From: Planctomycetota bacterium
GTDB taxonomy: Bacteria > Planctomycetota > UBA1135 > UBA2386
DNA: 64,000 nt
Direction of reading: 5' to 3'
Assembly: GCA_965228735.1 (NCBI GenBank)
Contig: OZ245838.1
Coordinates: forward strand, 1,824,001 to 1,888,000
Program-made: the position numbers and the translations under genes
Shown: in pieces, positions 43,493 through 53,154 of the stretch
How the letters are laid out: each line of letters starts with the position of its first letter
How positions within the stretch are numbered: position 1 is the first letter of the stretch
The notes under the pieces: model-generated
Databases searched by the model: none
What the model was told of the DNA's origin: nothing
Seen by the model: the letters and a program-made list of their open reading frames with translations, nothing else

Positions 43493-43832
43493 CGCATGCT
43501 GGGGTCGCCGGGCGGCGCAGTCCCGCGAAGCGACGCTGACGCGCACCTGCAGGCGCCTCCGCGCGTTCGCAGCCTTCTCGTTTTTGCTCGCAACAGCAGC
43601 CACGACGAAAGTCGCCTACGACATCTACACATGGCAGATGCCGAGCTCGATCGCGCGGCAACTCGCGCTGAAAGCTCAAACGGCGCACGAGCAGCGCGCA
43701 GCGATCGTGGCTTTGCACCAGGATGCCCGCGCATCGATCGAAGTCTTACGCCTGATCGTAGACGAGGGCGGGCCGAACGCCGAGCGCGCCCGCAACGCCC
43801 TCACGTACCTTCACGCCAAGACCGGGCGCTAG
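43479..43832 (+). CDS. Small membrane protein
   Basis: AGGAGG SD; one hydrophobic segment; coupled to the repressor gene. Confidence 0.6.
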   Translation: MAINDACWGRRAAQSREATLTRTCRRLRAFAAFSFLLATAATTKVAYDIYTWQMPSSIARQLALKAQTAHEQRAAIVALHQDARASIEVLRLIVDEGGPNAERARNALTYLHAKTGR

Positions 43833-44167
43833 GACGGGTCGACGATGTCGCCGTTTGCTGGCGCGTTGCCGGTCGGATCCGTGATGATGAAGGACTCCGC
43901 GTCGTCGGGGACAGTGATCGTGGTGCCCGACGAGCTCGTGATCTCCACCGTCTTCGGGCCCCCATCTGGCACCCACTTGATGTCGAGCGTCACCGGCAGC
44001 GTGCCGCTGTACTCGATCGTCATCGAGCCACCTTGCGTCGGTGGTGCCGGGTCGTACGTGATCTCCGCGGCGTCTGAATCGCTCATGCTCGCGCTCCCTG
44101 CTTCGTAGTCCGGTGGGATGATACCCAGGAGCGCAAGCACGGACAGGACCGACCAGTTCCATTCCAT
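43829..44167 (-). CDS. Small secreted beta-rich protein
   Basis: Hydrophobic N-terminus and a Thr/Ser/Asp-rich beta-type body. Confidence 0.55.
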   Translation of the reverse strand: MEWNWSVLSVLALLGIIPPDYEAGSASMSDSDAAEITYDPAPPTQGGSMTIEYSGTLPVTLDIKWVPDGGPKTVEITSSSGTTITVPDDAESFIITDPTGNAPANGDIVDPS

Positions 44168-44234
44168 GCCACCGGCATCGGCTGGCGGCGGGGGCTTCTT
44201 GACCCGGGGCGCGCTCGGAGTCTAGGTTTGAGGC

Positions 44235-44969
44235 ATGGAGAGGACGCCGCTAGACGCCAATACCAAAGTCGCCGGGATCGCCATCGCCAGCGCACTATTG
44301 GTCGCAGGATTCATTGCCTGGGCCGCATCGCAGGAATACCGCAACCTCACTGACTCCCAGACCAGCGCGACCGCACACTCCGCTGCCAAACCCTATCGCC
44401 CAGGTGATGGCATCCGCCGGCGGATGCGCGAAGAGGAAGCGGACAAGCTACGCGCAAGCGGAGCCCCACAGACCGAGATCGATCGCCTACAGGCAATCGA
44501 TCAACTCACGAGGCACCACCTGCGCGCCGCGGCGCTGAGGCTCGCGTCGATCCTGCGCACGCGGCCACGCTGCGCTGGCGCTCAGCTGTCAGAATGGAAG
44601 TGGCGCGACTGCGACGGAAAAACACCGGCCTCGGTCGAGCAACGCCCCGATGGGACTTGGGCGAAGCTTGACGCAGGCTACGCCGACCGCCCCACCCACG
44701 CAGTCCGATTCCATCCGCAGAAGCCAGAACTCTTCCCTCAATGCGAGCAGTGCTTCCAAAGCAGCGAGTCCGTGTTCCCTTGGGAATTCGCGCTCGCGTC
44801 AGCGGTACCGGAGGAGCTGCGCCGCGCCCCCACACCGTACGAAGAGATGGTCGACGCAGCAGCTCAACGTCTTCGAGCCAAGAAAGAGATCGAAACTGCC
44901 ACTCAGAAGGAGGGCATCAAGAAGGCCTATCGTTTCAATGAGCAGCTTGGCATCAAGATTCCGCGCTGA
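44235..44969 (+). CDS. Membrane-anchored hypothetical (moron) protein
   Basis: GAGG SD; TM VAGIAIASALLVAGFIAWA; lower GC; CxxC motif. Confidence 0.7.
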   Translation: MERTPLDANTKVAGIAIASALLVAGFIAWAASQEYRNLTDSQTSATAHSAAKPYRPGDGIRRRMREEEADKLRASGAPQTEIDRLQAIDQLTRHHLRAAALRLASILRTRPRCAGAQLSEWKWRDCDGKTPASVEQRPDGTWAKLDAGYADRPTHAVRFHPQKPELFPQCEQCFQSSESVFPWEFALASAVPEELRRAPTPYEEMVDAAAQRLRAKKEIETATQKEGIKKAYRFNEQLGIKIPR

Positions 44970-44987
44970 CCGCCAATCAAGACGAAG

Positions 44988-45590
44988 GTGCCAATGCGCC
45001 CCTACGCGTCAGCAGCTCCTCGGGCGCTGAAGATGCTCGATTCCCGTCAAGCCCTGATCTCGAACCTCATCCTGTTCGCCTCGGACTTCGAGATGATCGA
45101 AGAGCTACGCGGAGTGGGTGTGCGCCGCAAGCTGCTCTCCGGGCTCGTGTCCTTGGGGCTTGAGAAGGTGGGCGTAAAGACGAGATGGAAGCACTGCCAC
45201 GAGCAGATCGAGAGAACCTTTTCGAAGGAGGACGCGGAACTCGTCTACGAGGAGCTCGACTGGCTGCGCATGGATTGGAATTCCTCCTCTGCGGTGAATG
45301 CGTCCGTCTTCGCCCCTGAGGACCGCAACGAGCGATTTGCCCTCAAGCTTCGCAGTGCCATGACGTCAGCGGAGGCGTACGTGCGCAGCATGGACAAAGG
45401 GGAGTACCCAGTTGGTTCTCGCTCAGAACATTGGGCGAAAAACCGAAGGGTCACCGCCGTGTCCGGGCTGGTTTGGCGCGCCTACCTTGATTCACTTCGA
45501 CGCGCCGAAGAGATGCGCTTGGCTCAGCCAGGCGCTCGCCCTTGGGCCGAGTGCCAGCAGCCGTCCGACGACTATCCGCGTCACTGGTGA
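44988..45590 (+). CDS. Hypothetical cargo protein
   Basis: Lower-GC ORF with globular composition; start uncertain. Confidence 0.55.
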   Translation: MPMRPYASAAPRALKMLDSRQALISNLILFASDFEMIEELRGVGVRRKLLSGLVSLGLEKVGVKTRWKHCHEQIERTFSKEDAELVYEELDWLRMDWNSSSAVNASVFAPEDRNERFALKLRSAMTSAEAYVRSMDKGEYPVGSRSEHWAKNRRVTAVSGLVWRAYLDSLRRAEEMRLAQPGARPWAECQQPSDDYPRHW

Positions 45591-45600
45591 GGCGGCGCGA

Positions 45601-45906
45601 ATGAACTCCAAGCTCTTCCAAACCGCCGATGACGTGTTCGACCACTTCATCCCGTCCTGGCGGAAGCACTCTCCAACCTGCGCGGTTTCCGACGCGACCG
45701 TCCAACGCACCCGCCCGGACCTAGGTGGCAAGGAGTGGCGCCGGATGCTCCGCAGTCGCGCCCGCGCCGCGGTCGCTGACGACGTCGAACAACAGCTTGC
45801 CGACGACTTCGACGGCTGCCTGTTCCCGTCCGTGATCTGCGACTGCCCGGAGTGCACGACCGACCTGGACGCGTTCGAGCGCCGCATGGAGCTCGCCGGT
45901 CGTTGA
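45601..45906 (+). CDS. Hypothetical cargo protein with C-terminal CxCxxC
   Basis: GAGG SD then MNSKLFQTADDVF. Confidence 0.55.
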   Translation: MNSKLFQTADDVFDHFIPSWRKHSPTCAVSDATVQRTRPDLGGKEWRRMLRSRARAAVADDVEQQLADDFDGCLFPSVICDCPECTTDLDAFERRMELAGR

Positions 45907-46343
45907 CCGCCAGCGCGGAAGTCCCTAGCGTGGACTGTGCCTAGCTTCCGCGACCAGCGCTCATGGCGACCCACACCCGGGCCGATATGAGAATGCCCGC
46001 CCGGCTGGTCCGGGCAGGGATCGCGCCCCTCCGGCTCGTCGACCAGCTTCCCGCAAAGAAATCAGGTCGGCGGGCCGGCTCTATTTCGGCTCCCTGACCG
46101 AATTCGCAACCCCCGGTGTTGACGTGCGTTCCGCACCGCGGAGCGCCAATGTCGCCCAATTCTGTCCGGACACCCTTGACGAAACCGCGTCCGAGGCGAA
46201 ATCTGCATACAGAGTGGGAGTCGCGAATCCCGCCGCCCCCACCGCCGTTTCCTGGGTCGCCGCGTCCTAGGAATACCTCGTTCGGATCCTCAATCTGACG
46301 GCCTCACTGGCCGATGGGATCCGACAGACTCTCGCCCGAGCCA

Positions 46344-46817
46344 ATGAGCCAGACTCCGCAAACCCTTCCGCTGCTGTTCACCTTCAGCCAACTCGTAGCC
46401 GGCAACGGCTTCGTGGCAGGCGTTCGGATGGCAGGCAAGGCGCTCGTGGAGGACGAGGACGACGAGTTCTGGGTGACTGGCGTCGCGCCCGTCGGCATCG
46501 CCGCATCCGGAGCGACCCGTGACGCCGCGCTCGCGGAGTTCCGGAAGGCCTGGACCTCGGTGCTGTTCGACCTCGCTGCGCAAGCCCAGTCGTTCGCGGA
46601 GTTCAAAACCGCGTCCGAGGCCTTCCTCGACAGCTCCGAGTCCCGCATCAGCGACCTGTGGGCAGCTGCCGTCGCGGTGATCCGCAACTCCGGCTACCAA
46701 GACCCGGAGCTGCAGCGCGGCAACGCGAACGACCAGCCGCGGTTCGAGGTCGTCGAGATCGTCCAGCCTGCGGCGGACGCGAACGAGTTCGACCCCAACC
46801 CGCTCCTCGCCGCGTAG
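46344..46817 (+). CDS. HicB-like antitoxin candidate
   Basis: EDEDDEFWVTGVAPVGIAASGATRDAALAEFRKA resembles the HicB partial RNase H fold; acidic. Confidence 0.55.
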   Translation: MSQTPQTLPLLFTFSQLVAGNGFVAGVRMAGKALVEDEDDEFWVTGVAPVGIAASGATRDAALAEFRKAWTSVLFDLAAQAQSFAEFKTASEAFLDSSESRISDLWAAAVAVIRNSGYQDPELQRGNANDQPRFEVVEIVQPAADANEFDPNPLLAA

Positions 46818-47072
46818 GTGAAGGTCGTTCTGCTGGGGAAGCTCCGCAAGGCACTCGAGAAGTGTCTTCCGGGCTGCGAGTGGAAACTCGGCGTCCACAA
46901 CTGGCACGTCTACCCGCCGGGCGGTGGTGCCTGCTTCCATGTCCCTTCGGGCCCGCACGGCAAGGGCGACCGCAGCGAGATCAAGGTGGGTTACGCCCGC
47001 CGAATGGCTCTGTTGTTCAAGATCGAGGACTGCTTTCAGACCGAACTGGGCTACCCCGCCAAGAAGAAGTAG
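46818..47072 (+). CDS. HicA-like toxin candidate
   Basis: 84 aa, basic; GVH..VY.P......VP..PH....EIKVGYARRM matches the HicA pattern. Confidence 0.55.
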   Translation: MKVVLLGKLRKALEKCLPGCEWKLGVHNWHVYPPGGGACFHVPSGPHGKGDRSEIKVGYARRMALLFKIEDCFQTELGYPAKKK

Positions 47073-47073
47073 T

Positions 47074-50000
47074 TCACCGCGACCCCGGGCTCGCCGACCC
47101 CGTCACCAACCCCCGCCAGTAGTCGAAGTCACTCGTCGGCTGCACCTCGCCGCGTTCGACGTCCCGCAGGAACCCGAACGGCTTCACCGCCGCCGCCGGC
47201 GGCGCCCCGAGCAGCAACCCGAACAGCGTGAAGATGTCGCGGATGTCGCGCCCCTTCACCTCACGTGCGATGTCCGGCTTGCTGTCGAGCACCGTGCCAT
47301 CGGTCAGCAGCTGGAACGACGCCCTGAGCCCGCGGCCCGCCGTCTCGATCGCGCCCATGGACGCCCCGAACGACAACCGACCCCGCGACCGCTCGTCGAA
47401 CAGCATCCGCGACAGCATCGGCCCCACGACCGGCGCCCCGATCGCCGCACCCGACTGCACCGCTTCCCCGAACGCCCACCGCGTCACGTCGTCCATCAGC
47501 GCGCCGTCGGCGTCCTCGTCATCCCAGCCGCCACGCAACGCCTGCGTGATCGCGGCCGCTCCGACGCCCATGAACGCCGTCAGCGTCGCGAACCGCTGAA
47601 TCCGCAGCGGCGTCGTCTGCCCCTCGAGCGTCAGGTTCCAGAACACGAACCAGATCGATCCGAACTGCGTCAGCATGCGACCGAGCGCACCTGCGCGCTC
47701 CGCCGCCGACAGGTCCGGCGCCAGCCCGCTGCCCTGCGTGCGACGCACCGCCGAGTCTGCCTCCTGCACCGCGTCCTTCTGACTCTTGCCGGTCTCGGTC
47801 GCGTGGTCGTAGACCGCGCCCCACGTGATCACGTCGACGGGCGACTGGATGAGCCGCTGTAGGAAGTACGCGTTCCGGGACATCCAGTGCTGCGAGCGAC
47901 TGAGCAGGTTCGGCTTCAACACGACATCGATGTCATCGACGATCTGCCCCATCTGCTCGACCAGGCGCAGATCCATGAACTTCGACAGCTCGATGACCCG
48001 CTGCACGTACTCGCGCGGGTTCGACACGAACTTCGCGCTCGCGGCCTTCGCATTGCGCAGCGGCGCGACAAACCCCGCAGCAACGAGCCCGGTCGCTTGC
48101 TGGGCGGCGTTCGCCACGTTGCCCATCATGTAAAGCTGGCCGACGTTGCGACGGATCGTCACCAGGATCTTGTCCAACCAGCGATTGACGCCGGGCTTCA
48201 TCACCCGGTTGAGCAGCGTGTCCTTGATCCAGGGCCGGATGATCCCCGGGATGATGTGCGGGTCGATCCGATTCAGCTCGTCCCTGAGCTCCTTGTTCTG
48301 GAGCAGCCGCCAAACCTGACGTCCCGGCTTCTGCATGTGCAGGAAACGCAGGTGCTCATCGAAGTGCTCGACGCGCTCGCGGATGTTCGAGACCAGCGAC
48401 CGGTTGACCTCGACACGCTGGTGCGCGAAGTCGCGGCCGGTGCTCGGGATCGGGCTCGCCGTGTCGTGCACACTGACGTCGCCGTCGCCGCGGGCGAGCG
48501 CCGACGGGTCTTGCTTCGGGTCTGGCTTGGCCGGCACGTAGCCGCCCTCGTAGACGCCCCAAGGCGTCTGGAACGACCGACGATCCAGCTGCGGGATCTG
48601 ATAGCCGTAGACCTCGAAGTGGACCTTCTGGGTGCGCTCGAAGCGCTCGTGGTAGGAGTTCCAGAACAGCTGCAGGAAGTCGACGTCGGCCTTCGTGATC
48701 TTGCGATCTTCGATCATGCGCTCGAAGAAGGCCCAGAACGGCGCCGTGTTGATCGGACCGTCGCGCTCGCGCGGCTGCGGCACCCACTTTGAACCGAGCA
48801 ACCGCTTGCGCAGATTGCTCTCGTTGCCCATGTCGAGCAGCGCGCCGAGCAGCTCGGCCTTGTTTGCGAACACGTGGCCGTTGAGCTCCGGCGCCTCGAT
48901 CTGGCCACTCGGCAAGTCGAGCTTGTTGAGCCCATCGTGGATCGTCTTGACGACGTCGTTCCGCTCGGCCAGGTAGTCGACATGCGCGTCGCGAAGCGGC
49001 GCAAACATGTGCTTGTGCATGACACCAGGTCGGCCGCCGTCCACCCTGACCGCGAAACTCTCGAAGTGTCGAATCGACGCCTTGACGCTTCCGAACGACC
49101 ATTGGCGCTCTTCGGCCTTCGTCAGGGGCCTGATCGGGGCGTTGGGGTCCCGGCGGTCTTCGCCAAACGTCTTCTGGACCTGCTCGACGATTTCACCGGC
49201 GACCTGAGCCAGCGCCACTCGCTCGCCATCCACCTCGGCCTGCTTGCTGTCCCGCGCCTTCTCCCACAGCGCCTTCGCGACGCGGTAGACCTCGCGCAGC
49301 TGCGCCAGCGTGAGGTCTGCACGGCTGTCCGGATGGAACTCGGCCTCCCCAATGACCTCGGACAGGTCCCTGGCGGTCGCCTCGTCGTACTCCGTCACCG
49401 CCTCCAGATGCGGCTTCCAATCATGCGGTCCGTTGCCGCGTACACCGTCGGCGTCAGGGCCGTGCACTCCGCTCCGCGGCCGCTGCGGGCCGAGGCGGTT
49501 GGAGGCCAGCAGCGCGCGGCCCGCGGCGACGATGTTCACGTCGCGGTCCTTCCCGAGCTTGCTGTCAGGCTGGTTGAACCGCTTGAACAGCGTCTCCGCC
49601 TTCTCGATCTCCTCGCGCGCCTTCGTCGCCGCCGCCGCCATCTGCTGCTGCAGCGCCTCTCGCCGCTTCGCCGCGGCCGCCGCCGGCACGTCGCCGCGCG
49701 CGATCGCCTCGGTCGCCTCCCGCCGAGCGCGCCGCTCGGCGAGCGTGAACTGATACGGCCGGATCGAACCGATCGGCCGCTCCGCGATCGCGGTCTCGGC
49801 CGCGGCCTTCGCCGCGCGCAGCATCTGACTGACCGGTCCCACCGAACCGCTCAGCGCCCGCAGCTCGAGCTGCACCAGGCGCTGCCGCGATCCGTTGCGC
49901 AGCGCCTGGTCGACCGCTGCCTGCAGCTTCGCCGCGTCGTCGGTCAGCTCGGCGTGCTCGGCCTCGATCCGCTCCTGCAGCCGCGCGTCGATCGCGTCAT

Positions 50001-53000
50001 CACGCCGCGGCGCGGCCGCGAGCGCCTTCACCAGCGCCTCGCCGGTCTCGAACTCGAACATGCCGGCGACCACGTCGGGCGGCAGGCCCTCGCGCGAGGT
50101 CAGGTTGCCGCCGCCGAAGTTCCGAAGGTCAGTGCCAGACGGCAGAATCCGGCGCACGGCGGCCGTGTTCAGCCGGTACTGGCCGGTTTCGCGCTGGACC
50201 TCCCCAGACTCGTCCACCGTTTCCCCGCGCCTCAGCCAGCGCATGGCGCGATAGACGGGGTCTTGGGCGACCTCCTCGGCAACCTCGTTGCGCATCGTCC
50301 GCCGTAGCTCGCGCTCGCGGGCGCGCAGCTGGCGCAGCTCCTTCAGGCTGCGGCGCGCGAGCTCGCTCGAGGCCGCGTCCCGCGCTTCCTGGACTGTGGC
50401 CTGGTAGTCCGCCCAGGCCGCATCGTCCATGCCGGACTGCTCCTGGCTCTCGAACGCGGACTCGGCCGCGGCGTGCTGCACCTGCTGCTCGCTCGCGAAC
50501 AGCCGGTCCATGAAGTCGCGGACCTCGCCGGTCAGCGCCGGCAGATCCTCGCCGAAGTCGCGGCGGTACGTGGCGTTGAGCTGGCCGGCGATGGCCTCGT
50601 AGACCTTCCGCAGCCAGCCCGCGAACTTGTCGTACCAGCGCTGCAGCGTCGGGGTCGGCGCCTTGCCATCGGCCATGTACTGCTCGAAGTTCAGCGCGAA
50701 CCGCTCGTGGTGCTTCCGCTGCTGTTCGAGCGACATCGCCTGCCAGGCCTCGATGCTCTCGACTCCGAACTTGTTCAGCAGCCCCTCGACGCGCTCGCGC
50801 AGCTGCACGGGAGCGTCCGGGCTCGCAGCCATGTCGGTGTAGAGCGACAGCCAGAAGTGCGCGGACTCGTGCAGGAACGTCGACAGGTTGGCGTTCTCGT
50901 GCAGCGTGATCGTGCGGGTGCGCGGGTTGAACTTGCCGCGGGAGCCGCTGCGGAGCTCGTCGTCCTGTGTCTGCTCGGACTGCGCCTGCGCATCTTGCGC
51001 ATCTTGCGCATCCGGCTGCTCCTCCTTCGTAACCGGAGGCTGATCGGCCGTTTCCGACGGCTCCGCTCGTTGCGCATCCTGTGCCTGCGCATCTTTCGCA
51101 GTTTTCGTATCCGGCTGCTCCTCGTTCTGGAGCAGGTCCGGCCCTACGTCCGGTAGATCCCGGCGCTTCACCTTCACGGTCACGCCGAATCGCTGCGCCA
51201 CGTCCGCCGGCAGCTCCCCGAGCTCGCGCGCCAGCACCTCGTAGCCGGCGCGCCACAGCGCCGCATGCGCCTGCGCCGCGGTCCGGTTCATGGCCTTCGG
51301 CAGATCGAACGCCACCCCCTCGAGCCGCGCGCGCACCACCCGCTCGACCTCGGCCCCCGACTCACGGAACTGCTCCTCGAAGTCCTCGCTCTGCTCGAAC
51401 GCTTCGCGCGCGTCCTCGGCGCGCTCCTCCTCGTTCTGGAGCAGCTCCTCGGCCTCGACCGCGCTGTACGCGTCTGCCGTCACGCGTACGTGCGGCAGCA
51501 GGGCCTGGCCGATCTCGCGGCGCGCGATGCGCTGGAAGTCGCCCGCGTTGATCTCGATCGCGCCCCCAGTGCGCACGGCCTCGTCGAGCTTCGCGGCGAT
51601 TCCTGGGATCTCCGCCTCGATCTGCTCGAGCGGGACCTGCTGCTCCTCGAGCACCTGGTTGAAGCGCTCGCCGTCGATGAACATGTCGGGCGCGTTCTCG
51701 GCGGCCTGTTGGAAGAACTCCTCGGCCCGCTCCGGGTCGCGCTCGGCCAGCTTGCTGGCCTGCAGGAAGCTGGCGGCCTGCTGCATGCTCTCGAACGACT
51801 GCTGCGCCTGGCGCGCGCGCATCGTGTCGCTCAGGAACTGCGAGCCGGCGCTGGCCCCGCCGAGCAGTGCGGTGCCGTACAGCGTCTGCACGATGATGCC
51901 ATGCAGGCGTTCGAGGACCTCGTCGGACGTGATGGCCGGCAGCGGCTGCTCCAGGTCGCCCTCGGTCGGCTGGAACGACTCGTCGAAGCCGATGACGTTG
52001 CGGGCGCTGGGGTCGAGCGACAGCGTCTCGCTGCGCGCCACGACCTCGCCGACGATGTTCGAGAGCTCCTGGACGGTCTCCGTGCCGATCTCGCCGCCGG
52101 TCGCCTTCAACGTGTTCCACCCGAGTCGCCGCAGGCGGCGCGCGAGCGTCGGATCGACCATGGCTTCGGCGATCTCTTTCGACAGGCGTCGGCGAAGCGC
52201 GTCCCGCACCGGCTTGGTGGCGATCGCGCCGCCGATGGCGCCGCCAGTGGCTTCCATGAGGCCGTTGAAGATGCCGACCCCGAACGCGGCCTGGCTCGCC
52301 GCCTGGCGGTCGTAGCCGGCTGCACGCATGTCGACGTACGCGTTGCCGGCCTCGACCTGCGCCGAGTGCGCCGCGACCCCCGCGATCGCCCCGATCCCGA
52401 GACCCTTCACAGCGCCCGCTGTTGCGGTCACGGGCGCGAGCGGGCCGCCAGCCGCCCCCAGCGCGGCGCCTGTTGCCGCGCCGATCGTCGCGGTCGTCAT
52501 GACGGTCGGCAGTCCTTCGCTCAACTGCCCGAGCGTGCGCGCCGTGCCGGTCGTGAAGCCGCTCGACTCCGCCGGCAGCGACCGCAGGCGCCGCTGCACG
52601 CTGGCCAGCTGTCGCACGACCTCATCCTCCGCCGGCAACTCCTGCAGCCTGGTCGCATCGATCGCGCGGTCGATGAGTGTCGGGTCCTTCTGGTCCTCGA
52701 TCTGCCGCCACAGGTCGCCCAGCGTTCCGCGCTGGCTGGTCAGTTCGCCGGCGCGGTAGTTGCGCCGCATCTCCTCGAACCAACCCTCGATGCCCTGCAG
52801 GTTGTCGAGGTCGTCGTGCGCGATCTGGGCGAAGCTGCGGTCCTTCAGCTGCTCCGCAAGAATGGGGCTATGCGTGGCGAGGTCGCGGAGCTCCAACTGC
52901 TCCATCGCGATCAGCTCGCGGACCTGATTCGGCTTGAGGTCGGACAGCGCATCAGTTGGCAGCCCTCGCCTGCGTGCCAGGCGCTGGATGTTCGCGGCGT

Positions 53001-53154
53001 AGGTCGGGTCGCTCGCCAGGCTCTGCCGGTAGCTCTCCAGCATGAGCTTGTTGCCCTGCTCGCGATCCGCGAGCATCCGCCGCCGAATGCCCTCTCCGGG
53101 CACGTAGGCGTCGGGCTCCTGGGGCTGAGCGAACTGCGGAACCTCACCAGTCAT
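47074..53154 (-). CDS. Giant internal virion/DNA-ejection protein with zincin-like HExxH domain
   Basis: ~2026 aa; last gene of the structural module; RG.F.P....ITL...ANLSTFLHESAH...HERFA..FEQY..GKAP; Gly/Ala-rich hydrophobic patches; ATGA coupling. Confidence 0.8.
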   Translation of the reverse strand: MTGEVPQFAQPQEPDAYVPGEGIRRRMLADREQGNKLMLESYRQSLASDPTYAANIQRLARRRGLPTDALSDLKPNQVRELIAMEQLELRDLATHSPILAEQLKDRSFAQIAHDDLDNLQGIEGWFEEMRRNYRAGELTSQRGTLGDLWRQIEDQKDPTLIDRAIDATRLQELPAEDEVVRQLASVQRRLRSLPAESSGFTTGTARTLGQLSEGLPTVMTTATIGAATGAALGAAGGPLAPVTATAGAVKGLGIGAIAGVAAHSAQVEAGNAYVDMRAAGYDRQAASQAAFGVGIFNGLMEATGGAIGGAIATKPVRDALRRRLSKEIAEAMVDPTLARRLRRLGWNTLKATGGEIGTETVQELSNIVGEVVARSETLSLDPSARNVIGFDESFQPTEGDLEQPLPAITSDEVLERLHGIIVQTLYGTALLGGASAGSQFLSDTMRARQAQQSFESMQQAASFLQASKLAERDPERAEEFFQQAAENAPDMFIDGERFNQVLEEQQVPLEQIEAEIPGIAAKLDEAVRTGGAIEINAGDFQRIARREIGQALLPHVRVTADAYSAVEAEELLQNEEERAEDAREAFEQSEDFEEQFRESGAEVERVVRARLEGVAFDLPKAMNRTAAQAHAALWRAGYEVLARELGELPADVAQRFGVTVKVKRRDLPDVGPDLLQNEEQPDTKTAKDAQAQDAQRAEPSETADQPPVTKEEQPDAQDAQDAQAQSEQTQDDELRSGSRGKFNPRTRTITLHENANLSTFLHESAHFWLSLYTDMAASPDAPVQLRERVEGLLNKFGVESIEAWQAMSLEQQRKHHERFALNFEQYMADGKAPTPTLQRWYDKFAGWLRKVYEAIAGQLNATYRRDFGEDLPALTGEVRDFMDRLFASEQQVQHAAAESAFESQEQSGMDDAAWADYQATVQEARDAASSELARRSLKELRQLRARERELRRTMRNEVAEEVAQDPVYRAMRWLRRGETVDESGEVQRETGQYRLNTAAVRRILPSGTDLRNFGGGNLTSREGLPPDVVAGMFEFETGEALVKALAAAPRRDDAIDARLQERIEAEHAELTDDAAKLQAAVDQALRNGSRQRLVQLELRALSGSVGPVSQMLRAAKAAAETAIAERPIGSIRPYQFTLAERRARREATEAIARGDVPAAAAAKRREALQQQMAAAATKAREEIEKAETLFKRFNQPDSKLGKDRDVNIVAAGRALLASNRLGPQRPRSGVHGPDADGVRGNGPHDWKPHLEAVTEYDEATARDLSEVIGEAEFHPDSRADLTLAQLREVYRVAKALWEKARDSKQAEVDGERVALAQVAGEIVEQVQKTFGEDRRDPNAPIRPLTKAEERQWSFGSVKASIRHFESFAVRVDGGRPGVMHKHMFAPLRDAHVDYLAERNDVVKTIHDGLNKLDLPSGQIEAPELNGHVFANKAELLGALLDMGNESNLRKRLLGSKWVPQPRERDGPINTAPFWAFFERMIEDRKITKADVDFLQLFWNSYHERFERTQKVHFEVYGYQIPQLDRRSFQTPWGVYEGGYVPAKPDPKQDPSALARGDGDVSVHDTASPIPSTGRDFAHQRVEVNRSLVSNIRERVEHFDEHLRFLHMQKPGRQVWRLLQNKELRDELNRIDPHIIPGIIRPWIKDTLLNRVMKPGVNRWLDKILVTIRRNVGQLYMMGNVANAAQQATGLVAAGFVAPLRNAKAASAKFVSNPREYVQRVIELSKFMDLRLVEQMGQIVDDIDVVLKPNLLSRSQHWMSRNAYFLQRLIQSPVDVITWGAVYDHATETGKSQKDAVQEADSAVRRTQGSGLAPDLSAAERAGALGRMLTQFGSIWFVFWNLTLEGQTTPLRIQRFATLTAFMGVGAAAITQALRGGWDDEDADGALMDDVTRWAFGEAVQSGAAIGAPVVGPMLSRMLFDERSRGRLSFGASMGAIETAGRGLRASFQLLTDGTVLDSKPDIAREVKGRDIRDIFTLFGLLLGAPPAAAVKPFGFLRDVERGEVQPTSDFDYWRGLVTGSASPGSR

